DNA of 51,115 nucleotides from an uncultured Campylobacteraceae bacterium (GTDB lineage Bacteria > Campylobacterota > Campylobacteria > Campylobacterales > UBA6016): contig CAZNYV010000003.1 in assembly GCA_964577355.1 (NCBI GenBank), forward strand, positions 1 through 51,115, read 5' to 3'. Shown one piece after another: positions 19,215 through 28,639 of the stretch. The position numbers and the translations under genes are program-made. Numbering within the stretch: position 1 is the stretch's first letter; each line of letters starts with the position of its first letter. A model generated the notes under the pieces. The model was not told the DNA's origin and did no database searches. It worked only from the letters and a program-made list of their open reading frames with translations.

Positions 19215-20507
19215 CTAATTTACTCTAGCTAAGACACTCTGTCTATGAGCTTCCAAACCTTCGATTTTTGCAATCAATGCACACTTTGGACCGAGTTCGT
19301 TGATTGCTTGTTTTGAAAATGCGATGATCGATGATTTTTTCATAAAATGTTCAGTTGAAAGTGGGCTAAAAAACCTAGCACTAGCTCCTGTCGGTAGAGT
19401 ATGATTTGGTCCTGCCAAATAGTCTCCGATAGCCTCTGGAGTGTAGTGACCTAAAAATATTGCACCTGCATGTTTGATATGTGGCAGAAGCTCTAACGCA
19501 TTTGCTGTACAAACTTCCAAATGCTCAGGAGCAATCTCATTCATCGTTGCAATTGCCTCATCCAAGTTACTACAAACAATTATGATGCCATTGTTTTTGA
19601 TTGAAACCGAACTTATTTCATTTCGTGGTAGTTCAGTTAGATATTTTTCGATTTGAATTGCAGTCTCGTCAGCTATTTTTTGACTTGTTGTCACTAGGTA
19701 TGAGCCAGCCAACTCATCATGTTCAGCTTGAGAAAGCATATCAAGTGCTAGCCAAGCTGGGTTGGCGCTCTCGTCAGCTATGATTCCTATTTCGCTAGGA
19801 CCTGCAATCATATCAATATTGACATCACCAAAAACTAGCTTCTTGGCAGTTGCAACGAAAATATTTCCTGGACCAGTGATTACATCTACTTTTGGAATGC
19901 TCTCTGTGCCATAAGCCATCGCTGCGATAGCACCTGCTCCGCCGATTTTGAATATTTTTGAAATTCCACATAGGTGAGCAGCTGCTAGCATTAATGAGTT
20001 TGGCTCATTGTTTGGTGTTGGTGTGCATACAACAATTTCATCTACGTCGGCAACTATTGCTGGTATTGCGTTCATCAAAAGTGAGCTTGGATATGCTGCT
20101 TTTCCACCAGGAATATATAGACCAGCTTTGTCAACAGGAGTGACCTTTTGTCCCAAAATAGTACCGTTTGACTCTGTATCTATCCAGCTTCTTGGTTTTA
20201 GTTTTTCATGGTAGCTCTTGATTCTATCATGCGCCGTATGCAAGGCATCTTTTATGACTGGATCCAACTGTTCGTATGCCGATGCCATCTCGTCTTTTGA
20301 AACTAGCAAGTCAGATGCTTCTTTTGGATTCCAACCATCAAATTTTGCAATCAGTTCAAAGAGCGCTTTGTCAGAGTTTGCTTTTACATCTGAGATAATA
20401 GATTTGACAATCGTTTCTATTTTCTCACTATCAGCTTCGCCACGATGTAGTGTTTTTGCAAGTTCTTGCTTGAAATTATTGTCTGCTGTGTTGATAATTT
20501 TTATCAT
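19215..20507 (-). CDS. hisD: histidinol dehydrogenase
   Basis: 430 aa with SQAEHDE and GDYLAGPNHTLPT. Confidence 0.95.
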   Translation of the reverse strand: MIKIINTADNNFKQELAKTLHRGEADSEKIETIVKSIISDVKANSDKALFELIAKFDGWNPKEASDLLVSKDEMASAYEQLDPVIKDALHTAHDRIKSYHEKLKPRSWIDTESNGTILGQKVTPVDKAGLYIPGGKAAYPSSLLMNAIPAIVADVDEIVVCTPTPNNEPNSLMLAAAHLCGISKIFKIGGAGAIAAMAYGTESIPKVDVITGPGNIFVATAKKLVFGDVNIDMIAGPSEIGIIADESANPAWLALDMLSQAEHDELAGSYLVTTSQKIADETAIQIEKYLTELPRNEISSVSIKNNGIIIVCSNLDEAIATMNEIAPEHLEVCTANALELLPHIKHAGAIFLGHYTPEAIGDYLAGPNHTLPTGASARFFSPLSTEHFMKKSSIIAFSKQAINELGPKCALIAKIEGLEAHRQSVLARVN

Positions 20508-20522
20508 TATTGTCCTAATGCC

Positions 20523-21599
20523 TTAGCAGCGATTAACGCAGTTTAGGTCTGAGTATGCTTGTTTTAGTCTTTCAACCATGCTTTTTTGACCGTCTCTGAT
20601 AACAACTCTTGGGTCGTAATATTTTTTATTTGGTTTTTCTGCACCTTCTGGATTGCCTATTTGACCTTGCAGGTACGCTCTATTTTTTGCTTCATAAGCC
20701 CTAATACCATCCCAAAATGCCCATTGAGTGTCGGTGTCTATGTTCATTTTGATAACACCATAGCTGATAGCATCCCTGATGTCTTGAAGTTCAGAGCCAC
20801 TTCCGCCGTGGAATACGAAATTGACAGGTTTTGCGCCAAGAGCTCTTTTTTCTGAAATGTATTTTTGCGAATTATCTAGGATTTGTGGGTTTAGCTTGAC
20901 ATTTCCAGGAGAGTAGACGCCATGTACATTTCCAAATGATGCGGCTATTGTAAAGTTCGGAGATATTTTAGAGAGCCTATCGTACGCAAAAAGTACATCT
21001 TCGGGCTGAGTGTATAGCTTGGAATTGTCGATTCCAGTATTGTCCACGCCGTCTTCTTCTCCGCCAGTGCACCCCAATTCTATCTCGAGAGTAATACCGA
21101 TTTTGCTCATTCTAGCCAAATATTTTTCGCATATTTCTATGTTTTCTTCCAATGATTCTTCAGAGAGGTCTAGCATATGTGATGAAAATAGTGGTTTGCC
21201 ATGAAGTGCAAAATATTTTTCACTAGCATCAAGAAGTCCATCTATCCAAGGGAGCAATTTTTTTGCTGCGTGGTCTGTGTGAATGAGTACTGGTACGCCA
21301 TAGAGTGCTGCCACATTGTGTAAGTGAAGTGCTCCAGATATTGTTCCTGCAATTGCAGCCTTTTCGTCTGTATTTTTGAGTCCTTTGCCAGCCATGAATA
21401 TACCGCCGCCATTGCTAAATTGTACGATGGCAGGGGAATTTACAACAGCTGCAGCTTCCAATACAGCATTTATGCTATCGGTTCCGACACAGTTTACAGC
21501 GGGGATGGCAAAGCCACCCTCTTTTGCTATATGAAACAGTCTTGATACATCATCACCACTCACAACACCTGCTTTTACAACATCTAGTACTTTTGACAT
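20523..21599 (-). CDS. fba: class II fructose-1,6-bisphosphate aldolase
   Basis: 358 aa with LHTDH.., VFHGGSG and GVIKMNIDTD. Confidence 0.93.
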   Translation of the reverse strand: MSKVLDVVKAGVVSGDDVSRLFHIAKEGGFAIPAVNCVGTDSINAVLEAAAVVNSPAIVQFSNGGGIFMAGKGLKNTDEKAAIAGTISGALHLHNVAALYGVPVLIHTDHAAKKLLPWIDGLLDASEKYFALHGKPLFSSHMLDLSEESLEENIEICEKYLARMSKIGITLEIELGCTGGEEDGVDNTGIDNSKLYTQPEDVLFAYDRLSKISPNFTIAASFGNVHGVYSPGNVKLNPQILDNSQKYISEKRALGAKPVNFVFHGGSGSELQDIRDAISYGVIKMNIDTDTQWAFWDGIRAYEAKNRAYLQGQIGNPEGAEKPNKKYYDPRVVIRDGQKSMVERLKQAYSDLNCVNRC

Positions 21600-21628
21600 C
21601 TTGACTCCCCTGTTTGGATTTTGATAGA

Positions 21629-22444
21629 TTATTTTACGATTTCGATTTTTGCTTTTTCTCTAAGAGCTTTGCCTTTTGCCTCGACAATTTCTCTAGTTTT
21701 TTCTATTTTTAGACCTTGTTTTACCCTCTCTTTGATTTGATCAAATGGAATTTTCCCAGCTGCTTTAACATCCACAAGGTATATCAGGTGGAAGCCAAAT
21801 TCAGTTTTTACAGGTGCTTTTGAGATTTCACCTTTTTTCATTTTTTTAACCGCTTCAGTGAACTCTTTTACCATTTGTCCCTCTGGGAACCAAGGAAGTA
21901 GTCCGCCGCTATCTTTGTTGTTGTCGAGGGTATATTTTTTCGCTGCTGCTATAAAAGCCACCTCTTTATCTTTTTCAGCAGAAATCTCTTTTAGTATTTT
22001 TTTGGCTTCTGCATCTGTTTTGACCAAAATATGTCTGGCGCTAAACAGTTGTGGTTGGTTGAATCTTTCACCATTTTTGTCATAATATTTTTTGGCTTCA
22101 TCATCTGTAACTGTTACAGTATTTAGCTGTCTTGATGTCCATATGTCAAGAGCTATATCGCCTTTTGCTTTCTCTAGGTTCTCTTTGAATTCAGGTGTTG
22201 CCTCAATGCCTTCTTTTACTGCTTCTTCTGAAATCAGCTTTGTTTCAATCGTTTTTTCTAAAAGCTTCTGCTTTACTTCTGGTTTTAGCTGATTGTAGTT
22301 TGCATTCATGCCATTTTTCATCATAAATATTTGAACATCTTCGTCAGTTATGGATTTATCATTGACTTTTGCCAATGTTTGAGCTGCAAAAACTGAAACG
22401 CCTAGAACTGTTGATGCACATACTGCTGAGAGAATTTTTTTCAT
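21629..22444 (-). CDS. periplasmic parvulin-type peptidyl-prolyl isomerase/chaperone (PEB4/SurA-like)
   Basis: The signal peptide begins at the internal Met (MKKILSAVCAS..), and the parvulin core is ARHILV...EFGFHLIY. It sits next to fba, as peb4 does in C. jejuni. The track ORF extends to 22483. Confidence 0.8.
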   Translation of the reverse strand: MKKILSAVCASTVLGVSVFAAQTLAKVNDKSITDEDVQIFMMKNGMNANYNQLKPEVKQKLLEKTIETKLISEEAVKEGIEATPEFKENLEKAKGDIALDIWTSRQLNTVTVTDDEAKKYYDKNGERFNQPQLFSARHILVKTDAEAKKILKEISAEKDKEVAFIAAAKKYTLDNNKDSGGLLPWFPEGQMVKEFTEAVKKMKKGEISKAPVKTEFGFHLIYLVDVKAAGKIPFDQIKERVKQGLKIEKTREIVEAKGKALREKAKIEIVK

Positions 22445-22558
22445 TTGATTGTTTACCTTTTGAGTTTTGTTTGGTTGTCCCAAAATTATATTTCAATTTG
22501 GTTTAAAGGGGCTTTTGTAATAATTAACCAAATTTAACAAAAAAATTGGAGTTTAACT

Positions 22559-22852
22559 ATGAAAAAAATTATCCTAGTCTCAATACTTGCTGCGGCATCA
22601 CTTTTTGCTAACAAAGGTCTTTATGATGCAAATTGTGCAGCATGTCATGGTGCTGATGGCAAAACAAAAGCACTTGACAAATCTGGCTTGATAGCTGGTA
22701 TGGGTGCTGGTGCAGTTGAAACAGCGGTCAAAGCTTATAAAGCTGGAGCTCAAAACAAATATGGTGAGGGTGCTACGATGACTGGGAGCGTATCGGCACT
22801 TAGCGATGGTGACATCAAATCAATATCTGATTATGTTGGAACACTAAAATAG
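22559..22852 (+). CDS. small monohaem class I cytochrome c (c553-like)
   Basis: 97 aa with a signal peptide, the haem site CAACH, and a distal Met in GATMTG. Confidence 0.85.
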   Translation: MKKIILVSILAAASLFANKGLYDANCAACHGADGKTKALDKSGLIAGMGAGAVETAVKAYKAGAQNKYGEGATMTGSVSALSDGDIKSISDYVGTLK

Positions 22853-22881
22853 TCCACAACCCCATTTCTGCTTTCTAATTC

Positions 22882-22898
22882 GGGGCTTTTTTAGCCCC
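22882..22898 (+). terminator. hairpin after the cytochrome c gene
   Basis: GGGGCT-TTTTT-AGCCCC lies 30 nt after the stop. No 3' T-tract follows, so its function is uncertain. Confidence 0.35.
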
Positions 22899-22905
22899 AA
22901 CACAC

Positions 22906-22920
22906 TATAATCATGCCCTC
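22906..22920 (+). promoter_or_regulatory. -10 box plus GC-rich discriminator upstream of the L,D-peptidase gene
   Basis: The sequence is cTATAATCATGCCCTCAA. It matches the promoter upstream of tRNA-Arg (CTATAATCACGCCCTCAA at 38385..38402) at 17 of 18 positions. Confidence 0.45.
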
Positions 22921-22965
22921 AAAATTACAAACATGAAGAATCTTGCAATAATAGGAAAATATCAT

Positions 22966-23928
22966 ATGATACAAAGAGTCACACTACTGCTGCTATTTAC
23001 AATGTCACTATTTTCTGCTGACATCGTTGATGTTTATAGAAAAAAAGGTCCAGCGGCTGCGGCAGCTGAAATAGAAAAAAGTCTACAGAGCGTAGAGTAT
23101 TGGAAGACTTATCTTACGGGTGTGGATACCACGCTTGGTTTTTATGAAACCGATAAATTTATTGTTATTTGTGATAAATCAAAACCAGAAGTGACGCTTT
23201 ATAGATATGTTAATAACAAATTGACAGCTGATAGCAAGTCAAAAGCAATAGTTGGCGGTGGCAAGGGCGACAAGCTAAAAGCTGGGGATTTCAAAACCCC
23301 AACTGGTTCATATGATTTTGTAAATAAAGTCAAAGGCCCGACTAACTTTTATGGACCTTTCTCTTTTGTAACTGACTATCCAAATCTTTATGACATCGTA
23401 AACCAAAAAACTGGCAAAGGTATTTGGATGCACGGTGAGCCACTTGATGGCAATAGAACAAATAGCTCTAAAGGTTGTGTTGTGCTGAATAACCATTATC
23501 TGCAAGAGGTGGAAAAAAAGATTGATTACAAAAAAACAGTCCTAATCATCGATGACAATGCTCTTGCTAAAACATCAAAAGATGAAATTGCAATTATTCT
23601 AAGCTCGATGTTTAAATGGAAAAGAGACTGGGCTGAAAACAATTTGAAGGGTTATTTGGATTATTATGCAAGTGACTTCAGACGATTTGATGGTATGAAC
23701 AAGAAAGCCTATGGTGATTATAAAAGTAGAATTTTTAGTAAAAAAGAGGCCAAATCCATTGTTTTTAGAGATTTTGAAGTAACTCCAAATCCAACCTCTA
23801 CCGGTGATAAGATATTTAAAATCAAGTTTTACGAAGAGTACAATGCAAAATCTTTTAAATACCAAGGTTACAAAGATATGTTTGCGAGAATAACAAACGG
23901 CAAAATGCAGATAGTCGCCGAGAGATAG
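22966..23928 (+). CDS. pgp2: YkuD-fold L,D-carboxy/transpeptidase with NTF2-like C-terminal domain (Csd6/Pgp2-like)
   Basis: The catalytic block is GIWMHGEPLDGNRTNSSKGCVVL. A signal peptide starts at the Met at 22966, which is preceded by AGGAAA. The track start at 22933 has no SD. Confidence 0.75.
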   Translation: MIQRVTLLLLFTMSLFSADIVDVYRKKGPAAAAAEIEKSLQSVEYWKTYLTGVDTTLGFYETDKFIVICDKSKPEVTLYRYVNNKLTADSKSKAIVGGGKGDKLKAGDFKTPTGSYDFVNKVKGPTNFYGPFSFVTDYPNLYDIVNQKTGKGIWMHGEPLDGNRTNSSKGCVVLNNHYLQEVEKKIDYKKTVLIIDDNALAKTSKDEIAIILSSMFKWKRDWAENNLKGYLDYYASDFRRFDGMNKKAYGDYKSRIFSKKEAKSIVFRDFEVTPNPTSTGDKIFKIKFYEEYNAKSFKYQGYKDMFARITNGKMQIVAER

Positions 23929-23929
23929 G

Positions 23930-25225
23930 ATGCAAAGAACACTTCTCGCATTTATCCTCTTCTCCGCTCTGTGCTTTGGGGCAAATCTCCACTATTCATT
24001 ATATAAACTAGATGCCACAAAGGGTGCTGACACCCTTTTTATAATAGGTGGCATACATGGTAATGAGCCTGGAGGCTATTTTGCGCCAATGCTTTTTATC
24101 AAGCACTACAAGATAGAAGAGGGAAGTGTTTGGGTGGTTCCAAATCTCAACTTTGATAGCATAATTGCAAATCAGAGAGGTGTTTATGGTGATATGAATC
24201 GTAAATTTGCTTCGATTCAAAAAAATGACAAAGACTACCAAATCGTGGCAGACATCAAAAAAATGATGCTCGAGCCAAATGTTAAGTTGATATTGAATCT
24301 GCATGATGGGCACGGTTTTTATCGTAAATACTACAAAAATGGCATCTTCAACCCTCAGGCATGGGGGCAAGCATGTATCATCGACCAAAATGCTCTAACT
24401 GGTGTGAAATACGGAAATCTCTCCGAGATGGCTTCGAAAGTCATTCAGAAAAACAATGTTTTGCTTGAAGAAGATGTGCATGAATTCAATGTAAAAAATA
24501 CTGAGACAAAAGAAAAAGACCAAGCTATGAGGCAGTCTTTGACTTATTTTGCTATACAAAACAAAAAGCCAGCGATGGCAGTAGAGACTAGCAAGAATCT
24601 GACAGATGTGCCGACAAAAGTGCTCTATCAGCTCAAAAGCATAGAAGAGTTTATGAAAATTATGGGTATTAAATTCAAGAGAGATTTTGAGCTAAATAAA
24701 GCTGAAATTGTCAAATTGCTTGATTATGATGGCAACATCGTATTTGATGCCTCAAACACCATCTTGCCTCTGGATAATATCAAGGACAAGATTACTATGC
24801 TGCCAGCTTCGCAGTCAAAAAATACTTTTTCGTCTGACAATCCATTGGTCGCGGCGGTTGCTTCAAAAAATCAGTTGGCAGTGTATAATGGGAACAAGAA
24901 ACTAACCACTATTCAGTCCTCTCCAATGCTGATGGACAATACACTTTCGCAGGTTGATTTGTTGGTAGATAATAAACAGCTAAGTGCAAAACTTGCCACT
25001 ATCGTAAATGTAAAAAATAGCTTCCGAATCAAGGCTCCAAATGGCTACAGGGTAAACATAATTGGCTGGAGTAAAGCTGGCGTCACAAATGAAAATGACA
25101 TAGAAATATCCAAATCAGCAATAGACAAAAACTACTCAGTAGATAGGGGCGCTACCGCTTTTCGTGTTGAGTTTTATAAGGGCAAAGCTTACTGTGGCAA
25201 CCTGATTATGAAGTTCGATAAGTAG
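23930..25225 (+). CDS. pgp1: M14-type metallocarboxypeptidase with extra C-terminal domains (Csd4/Pgp1-like)
   Basis: 431 aa with a signal peptide, the zinc motif GGIHGNEPGG (HxxE) and NLHDGHGFY. Confidence 0.65.
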   Translation: MQRTLLAFILFSALCFGANLHYSLYKLDATKGADTLFIIGGIHGNEPGGYFAPMLFIKHYKIEEGSVWVVPNLNFDSIIANQRGVYGDMNRKFASIQKNDKDYQIVADIKKMMLEPNVKLILNLHDGHGFYRKYYKNGIFNPQAWGQACIIDQNALTGVKYGNLSEMASKVIQKNNVLLEEDVHEFNVKNTETKEKDQAMRQSLTYFAIQNKKPAMAVETSKNLTDVPTKVLYQLKSIEEFMKIMGIKFKRDFELNKAEIVKLLDYDGNIVFDASNTILPLDNIKDKITMLPASQSKNTFSSDNPLVAAVASKNQLAVYNGNKKLTTIQSSPMLMDNTLSQVDLLVDNKQLSAKLATIVNVKNSFRIKAPNGYRVNIIGWSKAGVTNENDIEISKSAIDKNYSVDRGATAFRVEFYKGKAYCGNLIMKFDK

Positions 25226-25231
25226 CTAAAG

Positions 25232-25900
25232 ATGAGTTTTTTTTACGACAAAGGTGCAGGTGGTCAAACTCTAAAAATAGAAGGTCAGCTGTTCGAGTAT
25301 ATTTACAAAGTCAGGCGTACTAGAGAAGATGAAAAGCTCAAGTTTCGTAATCTAGCCGATAGTGGTGTCTATATATATCAGACGAGTTATGTTGAGAAAA
25401 AATCAGCTACTCTAAAGCTAATAGGTGCTGATGATAAACCATCTGGTGGCAATGGAATACATATTGGATGGTGTGTCGTTGACCCAAAAACCGTAGAAAA
25501 AGCACTGCCAATGCTAAATGAGCTTGGTGTTAGCAAGATAGATTTTATCTACTCCAAACGAAGCCAGAGAAATTTTAATATTCGCCCAGAGAGATTTGAA
25601 TCAATCATTATTAGCTCATGCCAGCAGTGCGGACGGAGCGATATGATGAGCTTTGAGCTGTTCGAATCGTTGGAAAAATGGGTAAAGGCTCAAAAAGAGT
25701 TCTACACGCTAGATTTTGGTGGAGAAAATTTGCCAAAAGAGCCCACACAAGGTGTCTATCTCGTAGGTCCAGAAGGTGGTTTCGCGGAGGATGAGCGAGA
25801 CTTACTGTCAAAAAGCGCAAAGGCTATATTTTCACTAGATACACCACTGACGCTCAAAAGCGAAACTGCATGTGTGATGATTGCTAGTAGGTTTGTGTGA
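25232..25900 (+). CDS. rsmE: 16S rRNA (uracil1498-N3)-methyltransferase
   Basis: 222 aa with a PUA-like N-terminus and the SPOUT C-terminus VGPEGGFAEDE. Confidence 0.85.
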   Translation: MSFFYDKGAGGQTLKIEGQLFEYIYKVRRTREDEKLKFRNLADSGVYIYQTSYVEKKSATLKLIGADDKPSGGNGIHIGWCVVDPKTVEKALPMLNELGVSKIDFIYSKRSQRNFNIRPERFESIIISSCQQCGRSDMMSFELFESLEKWVKAQKEFYTLDFGGENLPKEPTQGVYLVGPEGGFAEDERDLLSKSAKAIFSLDTPLTLKSETACVMIASRFV

Positions 25901-26589
25901 GCTTACAAATAATATACAGCCACTCTCTAAAATCAGATGGAAATATGGCTCTTCATGTCGGTGATGACATAGGAATAGTAATAAAAAATCGCAAAAAATA
26001 TCTATCATCATTTGGTCTTGAGCTGTCGAATCTTATCTGCCTCAATCAGACTCACTCTTCAAATATCAAAATCGTCAGTAGCAAAGATGCAGGGGCTGGA
26101 GCCTTCGAGCACGATAATGCCATACTTAACTGCGATGCGGTTATTACTGGTGAGTCAAATTTGGTACTTGCTATTATGACGGCTGATTGTGTGCCCGTGT
26201 TGCTTTGGGATGATACAAAAGGCGTGGTCGCAGCTGCTCATGCTGGTTGGCGAGGTACGGCTGATGAGATTGTCAAAAAGACAGTGATGCAAATGAGTAC
26301 GGAATTTGGTTGCGAGATACAAAATATCAAGGCTGATATAGGTGCGAGTATTGGTGAGTGTTGCTATGAAGTAGGCACTCAAACTGCCGAGCTTTGTGGA
26401 TGTGCTGGTGCAAGTAGGCTAGATCTCAAAGCTATCAATCATGTCCAGCTGACAGCTTGCGGTGTTCTGACTAATAATATACAAACTAGCACGGCTTGTA
26501 CTTCATGTGAAAAAGATAGATATTTCTCATATCGAGCTGATGGGGCAAGCACTGGTAGATTCATGAGTTGGATTGTAATTAAAAGTTAG
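25897..26589 (+). CDS. pgeF: YfiH/PgeF (DUF152) laccase-domain protein
   Basis: 230 aa with LNQTHS, TADCVPVLL, HAGWRGT and CCYEVG. Its GTG start overlaps the rsmE stop (GTGTGA). Confidence 0.88.
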   Translation: MSLQIIYSHSLKSDGNMALHVGDDIGIVIKNRKKYLSSFGLELSNLICLNQTHSSNIKIVSSKDAGAGAFEHDNAILNCDAVITGESNLVLAIMTADCVPVLLWDDTKGVVAAAHAGWRGTADEIVKKTVMQMSTEFGCEIQNIKADIGASIGECCYEVGTQTAELCGCAGASRLDLKAINHVQLTACGVLTNNIQTSTACTSCEKDRYFSYRADGASTGRFMSWIVIKS

Positions 26590-26655
26590 CATGATTTGAG
26601 CCCAGAGCATAAAGCGTACTCTGAGCATTTGAAGAGTTTATGAAGTTTACATTTT

Positions 26656-26679
26656 GCGGGATTTTCACCCGCTCTTTTT
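26656..26679 (+). terminator. rho-independent terminator of rsmE-pgeF
   Basis: GCGGG-ATTTTCA-CCCGC followed by TCTTTTT. Confidence 0.65.
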
Positions 26680-26732
26680 GTATCAGCAGTCTAGTCAACT
26701 GATACAAAATATTTATTTACAAGGGTAGCTTA

Positions 26733-27083
<351 letters not shown>

Positions 27084-27117
27084 CTAGTTTAATAATTGTC
27101 GTTAATGCACAATCGAT

Positions 27118-27134
27118 AGCAGTATTTTGACCAA
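27118..27134 (-). promoter_or_regulatory. candidate sigma54 (-24/-12) promoter for glnB
   Basis: The minus strand reads TTGGTCAAAATACTGCT, with the exact GG-N10-GC spacing (GG at 27132-27131, GC at 27120-27119). It lies about 45 nt upstream of the glnB ATG and just downstream of the amtB terminator. The match outside GG/GC is only partial. Confidence 0.35.
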
Positions 27135-27142
27135 ATTTTGCT

Positions 27143-27168
27143 ATAAAAATACCCAGCCGCGAGGCTGG
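27143..27168 (-). terminator. rho-independent terminator of amtB
   Basis: The minus strand reads CCAGCC-TCGC-GGCTGG-G-TATTTTTAT, beginning 6 nt after the amtB stop. Confidence 0.7.
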
Positions 27169-27173
27169 AAGTT

Positions 27174-28562
27174 TTATAGGTGGAACGCTCTTTCACCGTG
27201 AGCTGATTCGTCAAGACCTGTGCTTTCATCTTCTGCACTCACTCTACCACCACCAGTTAGCAGGGAAGCTACAACATAGACTACCGCAGTCGCAACAGCT
27301 GTGTAAGTGATAGTTACAAGGATAGCTTTGACTTGAATCATTACTTGTCCTGGATTTCCGTATAGCAAGCCTTTGCCAGCAGAGTTGATAGCTGGGTTTG
27401 CAAACACACCAGTCGCAAGAGCACCCCAGATACCGCATAGTGCATGTACACCGAATGCGTCAAGTGAGTCATCATATTTGAATGCTTTTTTGATTAGGTT
27501 AACACCAGCAAAACCAACTATACCAGCTACTGCGCCGATGATAAGCGATGCGCTTGTATCAACAAAACCAGCAGCAGGTGTGATAGCAACAAGACCAGCT
27601 ACTGCACCAGATGCAAGACCAAGAAGCGTGAATTTTTTGTATACAACATACTCGATAGCCATCCAAGCTATAGCAGCAGTAGCAGCAGCTGTGTTGGTTA
27701 CAAGGAATGCACTAGCAGCGATGCCGTCAGCTTGTAGTTCGCTTCCTGCATTGAAACCGAACCATCCGAACCATAGCATAGAAGCACCAAGAACAGTTAG
27801 TGTGATTGATGAAGGGAATATTGCTTTGCCTGCATCTTTTCTTTTACCGAGCATAAGAGCGAGAACAAGACCAGCGACACCGGCATTGATATGAACAACA
27901 GTACCACCAGCGAAGTCAAGAGCGCCGTCTTTGAAAAGGAAACCACCACCCCATACCCAGTGAGCGATTGGAGCATATACAACAGCTACCCAAATAGCTG
28001 CAAAAACCATCCAAGTAGAGAATTTTAGTCTCTCGATAGTAGAACCACTGATAAGAGCCACTGTAATAGCTGCAAATGTCATTTGGAATGCTACAAATAG
28101 TAGTGTAGGAATACCATAGTTACAAGTGATAGCGCCTTTGTCATCACATGCTGTCCAGATACCTGCAGTTGTGTTTGTTTCAGTTGTTAAACCGTGCATA
28201 AACGCATTTGAAAGGTCACCAATAAGACCGCCAACATCTGTGCCAAATGCAAGGCTGTACGCGAACATTACCCATACGATACTTGCTATTGCGTAGCCTG
28301 AGAAGCTCATAGCTACTGTATTTAGTAGGTTTTTACCTCTAGTCATACCACCGTAAAAAAGTGCTAGACCAGCAGGTGTCATCAACATAACTAGTGCAGT
28401 TGCAGCTAGTACCCATGCCGTGTTTCCAGCGATTAGCTCAGGCTTGATAACAGGCGTAGCTGCTGGTGCTACTGTAGCCGCAGCCGCAGTCACATTTGAT
28501 CCGTTTTCTTCAGCCCACACTAGTGCAGGGAGGAAAAGCAGAAGGTTTGAGAGTTTTTTCAT
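27174..28562 (-). CDS. amtB: ammonium transporter
   Basis: 462 aa with a signal peptide and 11 TM segments. Amt motifs include FAGGTVVHINAG and DDSLDAFGVHALCGIWG. Confidence 0.95.
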   Translation of the reverse strand: MKKLSNLLLFLPALVWAEENGSNVTAAAATVAPAATPVIKPELIAGNTAWVLAATALVMLMTPAGLALFYGGMTRGKNLLNTVAMSFSGYAIASIVWVMFAYSLAFGTDVGGLIGDLSNAFMHGLTTETNTTAGIWTACDDKGAITCNYGIPTLLFVAFQMTFAAITVALISGSTIERLKFSTWMVFAAIWVAVVYAPIAHWVWGGGFLFKDGALDFAGGTVVHINAGVAGLVLALMLGKRKDAGKAIFPSSITLTVLGASMLWFGWFGFNAGSELQADGIAASAFLVTNTAAATAAIAWMAIEYVVYKKFTLLGLASGAVAGLVAITPAAGFVDTSASLIIGAVAGIVGFAGVNLIKKAFKYDDSLDAFGVHALCGIWGALATGVFANPAINSAGKGLLYGNPGQVMIQVKAILVTITYTAVATAVVYVVASLLTGGGRVSAEDESTGLDESAHGERAFHL

Positions 28563-28590
28563 TTTGTTTGCTCCTGTTGTTTAATTATCT

Positions 28591-28618
28591 CTTTTGTCGG
28601 ATTGCCCTCCGACAAAAG
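28591..28618 (-). other. 11-bp-stem hairpin between porin and amtB
   Basis: CTTTTGTCGGA-TTGCCC-TCCGACAAAAG is a perfect inverted repeat. No T-tract follows it on the transcribed strand. Confidence 0.4.
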
Positions 28619-28639
28619 ATGTTTTACGGTTTCTAGTGA

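Noticed and set aside
26679-26706. The inverted repeat TGTATCAG-N12-CTGATACA as a glnB terminator.
   Set aside because: No T-tract follows on the glnB-transcribed strand. The function is unclear, so it is not called as a feature.
27373-27894. A 173-aa plus-strand ORF inside amtB.
   Set aside because: It is an Ala/Pro-rich antisense shadow of a GC-richer membrane-protein gene, with no start context.
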